Position numbers and translations under genes: made by a program
Notes under the pieces: model-generated
Seen by the model: the letters and a program-made list of their open reading frames with translations, nothing else
Told to the model about the DNA's origin: nothing
Database searches by the model: none
Part shown: piece after piece, positions 9,336 through 19,086 of the stretch
Layout: each line of letters begins with the position of its first letter
Numbering within the stretch: position 1 is the stretch's first letter
Assembly (NCBI GenBank): GCA_028282585.1
Contig: JANQHR010000144.1
Span: 1-64,000 of the forward strand
Length of the DNA stretch: 64,000 bases
Direction: 5' to 3'
Origin: Bacteroidales bacterium
Lineage (GTDB): Bacteria; Bacteroidota; Bacteroidia; Bacteroidales; UBA12077

Positions 9336-11258
9336 ATGATAGAATTAGGCCAAATACTGGTAATTCTCTTAGCTTTTCTTTGGGTTGTAATTGCCAGCAA
9401 TCAAGTAGCGAAATTTTTTCAGAAGATCAAGCTGCCGTTGATAACTGGTTTTTTGCTATCTGGTATTTTAATAGGGCCGTTTGGATTAAACCTAATTGAA
9501 ACACATTCCGTAGAAAAACTTCATTTTGTAAACAACACTGCGTTGGCATTTATAGCTTTTGTGGCTGGTACAGAATTGTACTTAAAGGAGATCAGAAATA
9601 GTTTTAAAAGTATTATAAGCAATACAATTAGCCAGTTAGTTATTACTTTTCTTTTTATTTCTTTATCAGTATTATTACTTTCCAACCTAATACCTTTTAT
9701 GAGCAGTATGCCAATGGTAAATAAAATTGCAATCGCAATTTTAACAGGCTCCATATTTATTGCCAAGTCCCCATCATCGGTAGTTGCGGTAATAAGTGAA
9801 TTAAAAGCCAAAGGCAGGTTTACACAAATGGTAATAAGCGTTACAGTTATTCTTGATGTTTTGGTAATTGTATTGTTTACTATTTGTTTAACTGTTGCAA
9901 ACAATTTGATATATGATAAAAGCTTCAACCTCGATTTTCTGCTAACTTTAATATTAGAATTTATTGAAACTTTTATATTGGGTTTTATCTTGGCAAAGAT
10001 AATTGAGCTGGTATTATCGGTTCCCGTTACAAATTTTATAAAATCAATATTTATATTGATACTTGGTTATGGGACTTATGAGCTATCTGAGTATATCGAA
10101 GTGCTTAGTAAGAATCTCTTAAACCTAGATTTTATAATCGAACCACTTCTTGTTTGTATAATAGCAAGTTTTATTGTTACCAATTATTCAAAGTATAGGG
10201 ATGACTTTGGTATGGTTGTTAAAAAAGCGGGTCCTTCAGTTTACGCTGCATTTTTCACACTAGCAGGGGCAACTTTATCCATCGATATTCTTTTGGAATC
10301 ATGGTTAATAGCAGTTGTTATTTTCTTTCTATACTTGATAAGTTTAATTATTGCATCGTATACCGGGAATGGATTTGCCTTAAACCCGAAGCTTTATAGA
10401 AAATTAGGTTGGATGCCTTTTTTAACGCAAGCCGGAGTGGGTTTTGCATTGGTTTATGAAGTTACCAAGAGTTTTCCCGAATGGGGTAATCAGTTTGGGA
10501 CCATAATTATTGCTGTAATTGTATTGAATCAATTAATTGGCCCACCATTATTTAAATGGTCAATAAAATTGGTTGGAGAAAGCCATCTGCCTATAAGAGG
10601 CAGGGATAGTGTTAAAAGAAGTGCTTTAATTTTTGGTTTGGAGCATCATTCCTTAAACCTGGCCAGGGATTTGCAAAAAGAACATTACGAAATTGAGATT
10701 GCGTCTATAGAAAGAAAAAAAAACATATCGCATATACAGGATTTAAAAATTCATTTTCTCGAAGATTTAAATGTTAGATGTCTTAATTCTATAAATGTAA
10801 AGAGGTTCCATACCGTTATATTAATGTTATCCGATGGCGAAAACTATAAAGCCTGCCGCTTGCTATTTAATAATTATGAAGCTAAAGTAGTTATTGTACG
10901 ATTGTTTGACTCAATATATGCGGATAAATTTCATGAATTAGGAGCTTTAATAGTTGATCCGTCAACGGCAATTACGAAGTTAATAGAGCAATTTGTCCGT
11001 TCACCAATAACAGGTTCTTTAATACTTGGAAAAGAAGATAAAAATGCAATTGTTGATATTAGAATTAGGGATAAAAGCCTCCATGGTATTGCTTTGAGAG
11101 ACTTAAGGCTACCTCCGGATACTTTAATTTTAGCTGTAAAGAGGAAAGGGCAGATGTTAATTTCTCATGGTTATACAAGGCTACGAAGAGGTGATATCGT
11201 TACAGTCGTAGGTTCTATGGATAGCTTGGAGGATTTAAGCTTGCAATTTGAAGAATAA
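9336..11258 (+). CDS. Cation:proton antiporter (CPA2/Kef-like) with TrkA-N and TrkA-C (RCK) domains
   Basis: LPLITGFLLSGILIGP, ALAFIAFVAGTEL, QAGVG membrane domain and C-terminal LRDLRLP..LILAVKR.G...HGYTRL..GD. Confidence 0.88.
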   Translation: MIELGQILVILLAFLWVVIASNQVAKFFQKIKLPLITGFLLSGILIGPFGLNLIETHSVEKLHFVNNTALAFIAFVAGTELYLKEIRNSFKSIISNTISQLVITFLFISLSVLLLSNLIPFMSSMPMVNKIAIAILTGSIFIAKSPSSVVAVISELKAKGRFTQMVISVTVILDVLVIVLFTICLTVANNLIYDKSFNLDFLLTLILEFIETFILGFILAKIIELVLSVPVTNFIKSIFILILGYGTYELSEYIEVLSKNLLNLDFIIEPLLVCIIASFIVTNYSKYRDDFGMVVKKAGPSVYAAFFTLAGATLSIDILLESWLIAVVIFFLYLISLIIASYTGNGFALNPKLYRKLGWMPFLTQAGVGFALVYEVTKSFPEWGNQFGTIIIAVIVLNQLIGPPLFKWSIKLVGESHLPIRGRDSVKRSALIFGLEHHSLNLARDLQKEHYEIEIASIERKKNISHIQDLKIHFLEDLNVRCLNSINVKRFHTVILMLSDGENYKACRLLFNNYEAKVVIVRLFDSIYADKFHELGALIVDPSTAITKLIEQFVRSPITGSLILGKEDKNAIVDIRIRDKSLHGIALRDLRLPPDTLILAVKRKGQMLISHGYTRLRRGDIVTVVGSMDSLEDLSLQFEE

Positions 11259-11277
11259 CCGGGATATTACCCCGGTT
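11257..11277. terminator. Hairpin between convergent genes
   Basis: AACCGGG-atattac-CCCGGTT. Confidence 0.6.
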
Positions 11278-11311
11278 AACTTCTTTAATCATTTAAGAAA
11301 TAAAGGGTTAA

Positions 11312-12241
11312 TTATTGATTTATGATTTCTTTAAAAATCTCTGTCGATACCCAGAAAAAATCTTGAGTTTCAGTATGCCTCATAAAAAATAGGTATTTTC
11401 CATCTGGAGAAACAATAGGAAAACGTTCTCGTTTATCTGTATTTATTTTTGGTCCCAAATTAATAGGATGGCTCCATTTGCCATCCTTCTTTTTATTGCA
11501 GATATATAAATCCAAATCTCCATAACCTTTTTCGTTAATTCCTGAAAATATCAGATAATCCTCAAGAGGAGATAAGTAAACATTGAAATACACTTTAAAT
11601 CCTTTGGGCAATAAAGTAGTATCTGGATTTGAGAATACGTTATTTTCGTATTTATATTTTATAATACTAAACTTATTTTTACCAAATGTATATGCATTAC
11701 CTTTTTTTGTGAAAAATGGAGTCCAATTATTATCAGTATTATTATATGAATTATCAACTTTAACTGGTTTATTAACCCACTCACCATTTTTCTTATCTAC
11801 ATAGAATATAAACTTACCTGATGTCATCCAAGGATCATTTACCTGGTAAAAATATAGTCTTTTACCATCTAAAGAGAATACTGGCCCTCCATTTAATCCA
11901 TGAATATTGTTTTTGGTAAATGCTGCAATTCTCGGTTTTGTCCATCTACCATTTTCTAATTTTGAGTAAAATAATTGTTCCGTATTTTTTTCTCCATCTT
12001 TAGTTTTATATTCCCCAGTCCATACCGACCAAAATATTTCATCGCCATTTGGAGAAACAGCTACCTGGCAGTGTTCTGCCCAATTAGAATTTGATACAAT
12101 GCCTTGAGCAAATATTACCGGAATTATTCCGGGAGGAGTTTGCCCTAAATATTCTCCTTTTAATTCAGGGAAATCTTGAACGCTTTGTGCAATTAAATTA
12201 AACGAAGAAATAATTAATAAAATTAAAAGTGTGTTTTTCAT
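11312..12241 (-). CDS. Secreted PD40 (WD40-like) beta-propeller protein
   Basis: YLGQTPPG..P..FA.GIVS, SPNGDEIF, GYGDLDLYI, PINLGPKINT..RERFP.VSPDGKYLFF. Confidence 0.85.
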   Translation of the reverse strand: MKNTLLILLIISSFNLIAQSVQDFPELKGEYLGQTPPGIIPVIFAQGIVSNSNWAEHCQVAVSPNGDEIFWSVWTGEYKTKDGEKNTEQLFYSKLENGRWTKPRIAAFTKNNIHGLNGGPVFSLDGKRLYFYQVNDPWMTSGKFIFYVDKKNGEWVNKPVKVDNSYNNTDNNWTPFFTKKGNAYTFGKNKFSIIKYKYENNVFSNPDTTLLPKGFKVYFNVYLSPLEDYLIFSGINEKGYGDLDLYICNKKKDGKWSHPINLGPKINTDKRERFPIVSPDGKYLFFMRHTETQDFFWVSTEIFKEIINQ

Positions 12242-12297
12242 TTTAAATAGGTTTTATAAGTTTAAAATTGAAGATTTAGGAAGTTTTAATGTACTAA

Positions 12298-13083
12298 TTA
12301 ATCCCACTTTTTTCTGCCATTCGCCTTTGCCATTTTATCTTCGTGTATTTTTTCTATTTTATCCCTAATACCTGTAGTCTCGGAAGGCCCATAGCAATCG
12401 GCAATTACCCACTTTAGGATTGAAGAAAGAGTATAAATATTTTTCTTATTTGCTTCATCTGCATATTTAATAAAGCCTTCTTTATCCTTGTTATCTGCAT
12501 AATCACTCCATTTATCACGAATTGTGATTTTTTCTTCAAGCATTTTACTTAACCATGGTTTAAGTTCAGAAATAACTGTAATATTTGAATTATCTAATTC
12601 TAAATTCTTCGTATTGGATGCTAATTGTTGTTCAGCGTAATGCCCTTCCTCATAAAGCGGAAGTAAAATGTTATTAATTGAATGTAAAATATATCCCAGC
12701 TCAAACATCACTTCTGAATACGATCTTCTCATATTTATTATGTCATCTTGTAGCGATGTGAGTTTCTTGTGAAAAAGATTTGTTGCCGAATCAATATTTG
12801 TTCCATCAATTGTATATCCCTGCAAATAAAACGCATCATTATTAGATAAAGGATTCCACCAATTTGGAATATGTCCATTAGCCCTGTATTTAAATTGAAT
12901 TTCGCCTTCTATAAAACCGCGCATCAAATCATCTTTATATGATATACACATTTGATAATCAAAATAGTCAAGAATTGAAACGGATTCTTTTAAATAGTTA
13001 ATGTGGACATGGTTACCCCATCCTGCTCGTAAATTATGGGAAATTATTGTTGTAATAATTGCTAATAAAAATATTTTTTTCAT
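12298..13083 (-). CDS. Secreted hypothetical protein, possibly a divergent phospholipase C / S1-P1 nuclease helical fold
   Basis: Signal peptide followed by (G)WGNHVH. ELGYILHSINN resembles the LG...H...D motif. Confidence 0.45.
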   Translation of the reverse strand: MKKIFLLAIITTIISHNLRAGWGNHVHINYLKESVSILDYFDYQMCISYKDDLMRGFIEGEIQFKYRANGHIPNWWNPLSNNDAFYLQGYTIDGTNIDSATNLFHKKLTSLQDDIINMRRSYSEVMFELGYILHSINNILLPLYEEGHYAEQQLASNTKNLELDNSNITVISELKPWLSKMLEEKITIRDKWSDYADNKDKEGFIKYADEANKKNIYTLSSILKWVIADCYGPSETTGIRDKIEKIHEDKMAKANGRKKWD

Positions 13084-13113
13084 AGTTAGTTTTGTTATTA
13101 AGTTTAATAAGCC

Positions 13114-13188
13114 TAAAACTAACCATACAATTACATTCTTAGTTAGATTTTTCGATAAGTGGTATTATAAATCGATTGCAGGTATTAT
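13114..13188 (-). promoter_or_regulatory. Candidate LytTR direct-repeat operator and promoter for 13083
   Basis: TCGATaagtGGTATTAT (13152) and TCGATtgcaGGTATTAT (13172), 20-bp period. -7-like TAGTTTTA on the minus strand at 13114-13121. Confidence 0.55.
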
Positions 13189-13898
13189 CTGTATTCAGAT
13201 TGGAACTTAGCAGCAAACCTTCTACTCATTTTTAAAGGTTCTTCTTTGTTATATAAATGAACCCTACTTGTTTTATTTTCAAGGTTTACAATTTTTTCTA
13301 TGCAATTTATATTTATTATGGTAGACCGGTGAATTTTATAAAAGTGCTTTTCCGGAAGTCTTTGTTCCCAATTCTTTAAGGTCTCTAGTATTACATATCT
13401 TTTCTTATCTTTTGTATAGATTGATGAATAATCTCCATCAATACAGATACATATGATTGTGTCTATTTTTACAAACATCGAATGGAAGTTTGACTTTACA
13501 AAAATTGAATCATCGTAGTCAAGATTCTTAGGTTTTATAATACTGTTGTTTCTAATTCTATTGAGCGTTAAACGCAATCGTTCAGGATTTACCGGTTTTA
13601 ATAAATAATCGAGGGCATTAACTTCGAATGCTTTTATTGCATATTGGTCATAAGCCGTTACAAAAATAATTTTAAAATTACCTGCCGCTTTTTCTAATAG
13701 ATCAAATCCAGTTTCTCTACCCAATTGGATATCCAGGAAAATTATATCAGGATTTTTTACTTTAATTTCTGATATAGATCTATTAACATCATCGGCTTCA
13801 CCAACTACATGGATATCATTGAATTCCTTTAATAAGATTTTTATTTCCTCTCTAGCATATCTTTCATCATCAATAATAAGTGCTCTCATTGTTTTCAT
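13185..13898 (-). CDS. LytTR-family response regulator
   Basis: IIDDE, FLDIQ, FVTAYDQYAIKAFEVNALDYLLKP receiver and F.KIHRSTIIN LytTR domain. Confidence 0.95.
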   Translation of the reverse strand: MKTMRALIIDDERYAREEIKILLKEFNDIHVVGEADDVNRSISEIKVKNPDIIFLDIQLGRETGFDLLEKAAGNFKIIFVTAYDQYAIKAFEVNALDYLLKPVNPERLRLTLNRIRNNSIIKPKNLDYDDSIFVKSNFHSMFVKIDTIICICIDGDYSSIYTKDKKRYVILETLKNWEQRLPEKHFYKIHRSTIININCIEKIVNLENKTSRVHLYNKEEPLKMSRRFAAKFQSEYR

Positions 13899-14974
13899 TT
13901 ATTAACAATATTTTTAATTATTAATTCTGCTGTTACCTTATTATCGTGTTCGTTTAAGTTAAGTTCATAATTGCCATGATAAATTAGATCCAACCTTTTT
14001 CGAATATTTTCAATTCCTGTATTAGTACCATTATCATTATTGAACGAATTATTCACCAATGACCCGTTATTAGTAACTTTTATAAATAAATTATCACTGT
14101 TAAGCAATGATCGTATATAAATATGTAATGGGGGCGTACTAGTTTCAATTCCGTATTTTACAGCATTTTCTACTAATGGATGAATAATAAAAAAAGGAAT
14201 TTCTATATTTCTTGATATTGGATCAATATTGAACTCGTATTCCAGTTTTTCTTCAAACCGTATTTTTTGAATATCCAGATAATTTTTAATTGCACTAATT
14301 TCTTTACCTATTGTATTAGAGTTTTCCTGATCCTTTTCTAGTGTATATCGAAAGAAATCGGACAACAAAGTCACGGTATGCCTTGCTTTAGACTGGTCTA
14401 AAGCTATAGTTGCCCTAATAGTATTTAACGCATTGAACAAAAAATGAGGATTAATTTGGTAACGCAGCATTTGCAATTGAGCTTCATGAGCCAAGGCTTC
14501 GGATTTTAATAAATTTTCCTTTTGAATTTGTGTGTTAATCCAATAATTTACAGCAAAGTATAAACCTGATAACAATAGAAATGGTATTATTAATGATGAA
14601 GCTGAAAAGAAGATGTACTTACTTATAATTGGCACATCTTTTAAATTAAAAAATACAACAAGCATGCTGTCTATTATATCCGTAATCATTGCAGCTATAA
14701 AGTTTATGGGAATTAGTATAAGTGCCCAAAAAGTTATTGTTTTGCCACTATACCGGAATCGGTCATAAATTTTAAATAAAATAGTTGAAATGATAAATAC
14801 TGGCAGTATGGTAAAAAACATTCGAGTAAGAGTGTAACTTAGTTCATACTTACTTGATTTTGGCGAAAGTTCCAATTCCAGGACTAAAAAGAAATACCAT
14901 ACCAAAAGAGTTATTAATTGTATTGTAAATAACAGCGTTACTCTTTTTTTTAAGTACCTTAAAAGTTTATTCAT
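13895..14974 (-). CDS. LytS/YehU-type sensor histidine kinase
   Basis: 4 TM helices, LRYQINPHFLFNALN, LVENAVKYG, GIENIRKRL. ATGA overlap with the response regulator. Confidence 0.93.
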   Translation of the reverse strand: MNKLLRYLKKRVTLLFTIQLITLLVWYFFLVLELELSPKSSKYELSYTLTRMFFTILPVFIISTILFKIYDRFRYSGKTITFWALILIPINFIAAMITDIIDSMLVVFFNLKDVPIISKYIFFSASSLIIPFLLLSGLYFAVNYWINTQIQKENLLKSEALAHEAQLQMLRYQINPHFLFNALNTIRATIALDQSKARHTVTLLSDFFRYTLEKDQENSNTIGKEISAIKNYLDIQKIRFEEKLEYEFNIDPISRNIEIPFFIIHPLVENAVKYGIETSTPPLHIYIRSLLNSDNLFIKVTNNGSLVNNSFNNDNGTNTGIENIRKRLDLIYHGNYELNLNEHDNKVTAELIIKNIVNK

Positions 14975-15040
14975 TTAGGGCTAAAGCTTTCTGTTCAAAA
15001 TTAACCGTAATTTCTAAATTATTTTATTAAAAAAAGATTA

Positions 15041-15607
15041 TTAAACCAATCCTGGTTTTTGGTTTTTCTCACACCTTTCAATTACAATGAAAATTCTTTT
15101 ATTTCTGGTTTCTTCTCTTTTTGCCGATAAGATCCAATTAAGGTATTGATTTTGATATGATTTAGCGAAATTCAAAAAATTGGTAAATGCTTGTTTATTT
15201 TTTTTTAGTTCCTTTTCAAAGAATTCGGGCATTTCAACATCCTTTTTAGCAGAGTAAGCTTTATCCCACATACCATTCTTTTTAGCAATTTCGACTTCTT
15301 TCATTCCAGCCTGAGTCATTTTATCTTCTTTAATTAATTTTTTTACCCTGTTTTTGTTTACTAATGACCAAAGGCTGTTTTTTTTTCTTGGAGTATACTT
15401 TTGCATGTATGTTTCATCATCGATTCGTTTTACCAAACTATCTATCCAACCATAACAAAGTGCTTCTTCAACAGCCTCGGCGTAAGTTACAGTTTCTTTT
15501 TTGGTGTGTTTTTTAAAGTAAATAAGCCATATTTCATCGGTAAGAGCATGGTTTTGTTCTAACCATGCTCTCCATTCATCTCTATTTTTACAATAAATTG
15601 TTTCCAT
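15041..15607 (-). CDS. YdeI/OmpD-associated family protein
   Basis: WRAWLEQNH, EAVEEALCYGWIDS, TPRK..S.WS..NK, WI.SAKREETR..R. Confidence 0.92.
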   Translation of the reverse strand: METIYCKNRDEWRAWLEQNHALTDEIWLIYFKKHTKKETVTYAEAVEEALCYGWIDSLVKRIDDETYMQKYTPRKKNSLWSLVNKNRVKKLIKEDKMTQAGMKEVEIAKKNGMWDKAYSAKKDVEMPEFFEKELKKNKQAFTNFLNFAKSYQNQYLNWILSAKREETRNKRIFIVIERCEKNQKPGLV

Positions 15608-15610
15608 TTC

Positions 15611-16054
15611 CTAGAAAGTAATTACATGCTCTTCTCCTTTTATATAATCGGTTAATGTTGTTCCCATATATTTTACATCAGCTCCCAGGTCTGATAACTT
15701 ATCAGCTACTCCATACATATCAGCGCATGCCTTGCATGCTTCTATTACAATTCCTTCTTCTTTCATTTTACTAAGATATTCCTGTAGTTCGGTGTCTTCA
15801 GAAAGTAATTTGGAAGATGGTCCCCAAATCACAAACGTTATATCTTTCCACCATCCATTTCTTTTTGCGTTGTAAGTGTACATATAAACCATTTTTACAG
15901 CAACTTCTTTATCTCCACTTGTCCATACTACAACAAGCTTATCAGAATCAACCTGATTTTCTACTTTTGGTTTTGGTGTGTTTTGTGCGTTTGTATTTTG
16001 CATATTAAAAAGTATTAAACCAATTACTAATATTAGAATAATTTTAATTTTCAT
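15611..16054 (-). CDS. DsrE-family protein with signal peptide
   Basis: KLVVVWTSGD, WW..ITFVIWGPS, EACKACADMYGV. Confidence 0.85.
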   Translation of the reverse strand: MKIKIILILVIGLILFNMQNTNAQNTPKPKVENQVDSDKLVVVWTSGDKEVAVKMVYMYTYNAKRNGWWKDITFVIWGPSSKLLSEDTELQEYLSKMKEEGIVIEACKACADMYGVADKLSDLGADVKYMGTTLTDYIKGEEHVITF

Positions 16055-16075
16055 AACTGTAATTTTTAAAATTTA

Positions 16076-17218
16076 CTATTCTTTTGCGATTGCTCTTGAG
16101 ATTACCATTTTTTGTATTTCTGAGGTGCCTTCATAGATTTGGGTAAGTTTAGCTTCACGCATTAATCTTTCTACATGGTATTCTTTTACATATCCATAAC
16201 CACCATGTATTTGTACAGCTTCTGTTGTAACCTTCATAGCAACATCAGTTGCGTATAATTTTGCCATAGCACTTATAGTACCATATGGTTGGTTATTATC
16301 TTTTAACCATGCGGCTTTATGAATTAAAATCCGAGCTGTTTCAATACCTGTTGCCATTTCGGCTAACTTAAATGCGATTGCCTGATGATTAATAATCTCA
16401 GTACCAAATGCTTTTCTTTCTTTGGCGTATTTTACGGATAACTCATATGCGCCAGCAGCTATTCCTAAAGCCTGAGCGGCAATACCTATTCTACCTCCTT
16501 CAAGAAGCTTCATAGCGAGTTTAAATCCAAAACCATCGTCTCCAATTCTATTTTCTTTGGGAACTTTTACATCAGTAAACATTACAGAGTGAGTATCTGA
16601 ACTTCTCATGCCCATTTTATCTTCGTGTGGCCCAATAGAAATACCTTCAGTATTTCTATCTACAACAAAAGCATTAATTCCTTTATGCCCTTTATCAGGG
16701 TGGGTTTGTGCCATTACTAAATATGTACTTGCAGTATTAGCACTGGTAATCCAGTTTTTTACACCATTTAATAGATAATAATCACCTTTATCTTCTGCTG
16801 TAGTTTTCTGAAATGACGCATCCGAACCTGCTTCTGGCTCGCTTAATAAAAATGCCCCGATTTTTTCGCCACTGGCTAAACCGGGTAAATATTTTTCTTT
16901 CTGTTCATCATTTCCATATTTTTCTATTCCATAACAGGCAAGAGAATTATGCACTGCCATAATAACTGCCACGGAAGAATCTACTTTAGAAATTTCTTCA
17001 AGGGCTAATACATATGAAATGTTATCCATTCCAACACCACCAAAATCAGGGGAAGTTAGAATTCCAAAAAAGCCAAGTTCAGCAACATTTTTCACATGTT
17101 GTGTAGGATATTCTGCATTGGTATCACGTTCAATAACATCCTTTTTAAGTTCGCGTTGAGCGTAGTCACGGGCGGTTTTTTGAACCATTAACTGCTCTTC
17201 AGTATATTCAAAATTCAT
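16076..17218 (-). CDS. Acyl-CoA (butyryl-CoA-like) dehydrogenase
   Basis: Start re-placed to MNFEYTEEQ (17218). LSEPEAGSDA, GVKNWIT, GGRIGIAAQALG, QIHGGYGY, IYEGTSEIQ. Confidence 0.95.
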   Translation of the reverse strand: MNFEYTEEQLMVQKTARDYAQRELKKDVIERDTNAEYPTQHVKNVAELGFFGILTSPDFGGVGMDNISYVLALEEISKVDSSVAVIMAVHNSLACYGIEKYGNDEQKEKYLPGLASGEKIGAFLLSEPEAGSDASFQKTTAEDKGDYYLLNGVKNWITSANTASTYLVMAQTHPDKGHKGINAFVVDRNTEGISIGPHEDKMGMRSSDTHSVMFTDVKVPKENRIGDDGFGFKLAMKLLEGGRIGIAAQALGIAAGAYELSVKYAKERKAFGTEIINHQAIAFKLAEMATGIETARILIHKAAWLKDNNQPYGTISAMAKLYATDVAMKVTTEAVQIHGGYGYVKEYHVERLMREAKLTQIYEGTSEIQKMVISRAIAKE

Positions 17219-17243
17219 TCTTGTAGTTTTAGGTTTAAAAGTT

Positions 17244-17371
17244 TGTCCAAAAAGAATCACAATTGTCATTGCTTCATCCTGATATTTATTACCAGGATGA
17301 AGCAATCTATATTAAATAAATAGATTGCTTCGTTCGTTCCTCACCGCAATGACTATATTATTTTTTGGACA
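17244..17371. repeat. Nested palindromic MITE/REP-like element
   Basis: Outer TGTCCAAAAA/TTTTTGGACA, then GTCATTGC/GCAATGAC, plus inner 14-bp and 12-bp perfect inverted repeats. Confidence 0.75.
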
Positions 17372-17396
17372 CTTTCTAGTTTGTAATTTGTAGTTT

Positions 17397-18632
17397 TTAT
17401 TCTGTTTTTTTATAAACAACGGCAACAACTGTTTTATCATCGCCACCCATGTTTAATGACATACCATATGGTCTGTCTTGAGGGATTTTAATTTGAGCTT
17501 CACCAGCTTTTCCTGTTAATTGTTCCCAAATAGTTACTGCTTGGTGTACTCCGGTAGCTCCGGTTGGGTGCCCCCAGCCAATTAACCCACCAGTGGTATT
17601 CATTGGGTACTTACCATTTCTTGAAGTGTTTCCTTCAATTACAAAATCAGCTCCTTCTCCTGGTTTAGCAAAACCAAGTGCTTCTGTTGTTAGTACTCCA
17701 GCAATTGTAAAGCAATCATGTACTTCAAAAGTTGCAACATCTTGAGCAGTAATTCCTGCCATTTCAAGCGCAGCTTCAGCTGCTAGTTGAACAGTTTTTA
17801 GCTTTGTTAAATCCTCGGGTTCTTCCGTAATATTATCAGTTTTTAAAGCAAAACCAACAACTTCAACAGCTTCAGAAGTTGGAATGCCAGCTCTTTTTAA
17901 CCCTTCTTCAGATAAGATTCCAATAGCAGATGCTCCATCTGACACTTTTGAACAATCAAAAACATTTAGGCATGGAGTAAAACTTTTAGAGTTTGGCTCC
18001 ATCATACCAACATCAATTAAGTCAGGCATTTTATTGTCATATTCCTGTGCAGTAGGGCACAAGCGAGCATTTTCAATGGCATTTTTAAACCATGTAGCAT
18101 GGGCTTTTCGCGCTTTTTCTTTTCCATATTTATCCCAATATGCTCCAGCTCGGTTACTGAATTGACCTGGGAAGAAGTATGCATGTCCTTCTTTTCTCTT
18201 CTGAAACCAACCTGCACCAGCCAATATATCAGCTCCATAAATTGCTTTTACCGAGTTCTGTACTTCAACGCCAAGACTTAACACGGTATCAGCCGTTCCT
18301 GCTAAAATGGATTTAATTCCGGAAATAAGGGCTAATCCTCCTGAAGCACAAGCACCTTCTACTCTTAAAGATGATTTGTGCCTTAGTCCTTCATCAATCA
18401 TGGGCATAAAAGCACCCAGGTGAGCTTGTTTTACAAAACGGCTTGCCATAAAATTGCCTACTACTCCTTCATCCACATTTTTAGCTCCGCCTAACATTTT
18501 TAATGTTCCTTGGCCAGCTTCTTTAATATAATGTTCAATTCCTGGCCGTGGCTTTTTTGGGTGAAATTCTTTTCTTCCTGTTCCTAGCGATACAGTATTA
18601 TATCCTGCAGCCATATATACTTTTTTATTCAT
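17397..18632 (-). CDS. Thiolase, SCP2/HDCF type
   Basis: RVEGACASG (catalytic Cys), EVHDCF, GHPTGATG. Likely start MNKKV. Confidence 0.88.
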   Translation of the reverse strand: MNKKVYMAAGYNTVSLGTGRKEFHPKKPRPGIEHYIKEAGQGTLKMLGGAKNVDEGVVGNFMASRFVKQAHLGAFMPMIDEGLRHKSSLRVEGACASGGLALISGIKSILAGTADTVLSLGVEVQNSVKAIYGADILAGAGWFQKRKEGHAYFFPGQFSNRAGAYWDKYGKEKARKAHATWFKNAIENARLCPTAQEYDNKMPDLIDVGMMEPNSKSFTPCLNVFDCSKVSDGASAIGILSEEGLKRAGIPTSEAVEVVGFALKTDNITEEPEDLTKLKTVQLAAEAALEMAGITAQDVATFEVHDCFTIAGVLTTEALGFAKPGEGADFVIEGNTSRNGKYPMNTTGGLIGWGHPTGATGVHQAVTIWEQLTGKAGEAQIKIPQDRPYGMSLNMGGDDKTVVAVVYKKTE

Positions 18633-18650
18633 AATAATCAATTTTAAAAT

Positions 18651-19037
18651 TTATATTTTAAAAGTTTCTAGCCTTAAGTTTTTAGTTGATTTTATTTTTT
18701 CTTGCATGGTTTTAACGATAGATGTTAATATTTTAATTAATTCATTGGCTTTTATTAATAGACTATCTAAAGGATAATCTATTAACTCGCTTTTTTGAAT
18801 TAATCTTAACCAATATGCAGTTTCTCGAGCCTCTTTTGAAGCTATTGACATTTTAGATGAAAAATCCTTTTTACTGTATCCAGCAAGAGCCTCTTCAATA
18901 TTCGCACCAATACTTGTTCCACAACGGAGTAATTGCCTCGCGATAATTTGTTCATTATTAGCGCACAACCTCTTATATAGATTTATGATATCTAACGCAA
19001 ATTCAAAACTCTCACCTTTAACTATACTGTTTTTCAT
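18651..19037 (-). CDS. Four helix bundle protein (23S rRNA IVS-encoded protein family-like)
   Basis: QLLRCGTSIGANIEEA, DF..KMSIA.KEARET.YWLRL, EL.KILTSIVK. Confidence 0.92.
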   Translation of the reverse strand: MKNSIVKGESFEFALDIINLYKRLCANNEQIIARQLLRCGTSIGANIEEALAGYSKKDFSSKMSIASKEARETAYWLRLIQKSELIDYPLDSLLIKANELIKILTSIVKTMQEKIKSTKNLRLETFKI

Positions 19038-19049
19038 CCAAGTAATTAC

Positions 19050-19085
19050 TAAAAACTAAACACTCAAAATTCAAAACTCTATTTA
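19050..19085. repeat. Degenerate heptamer tandem array flanking the four-helix-bundle gene
   Basis: TAAAAAC TAAACAC TCAAAAT TCAAAAC. A counter-oriented array lies at about 18641-18690. Confidence 0.55.
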
Positions 19086-19086
19086 T

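Noticed and set aside
17219-17305. N-terminal extension of the ACAD ORF from 17305
   Set aside because: It reads through the palindromic element. The family-typical start is MNFEYTEEQ at 17218.
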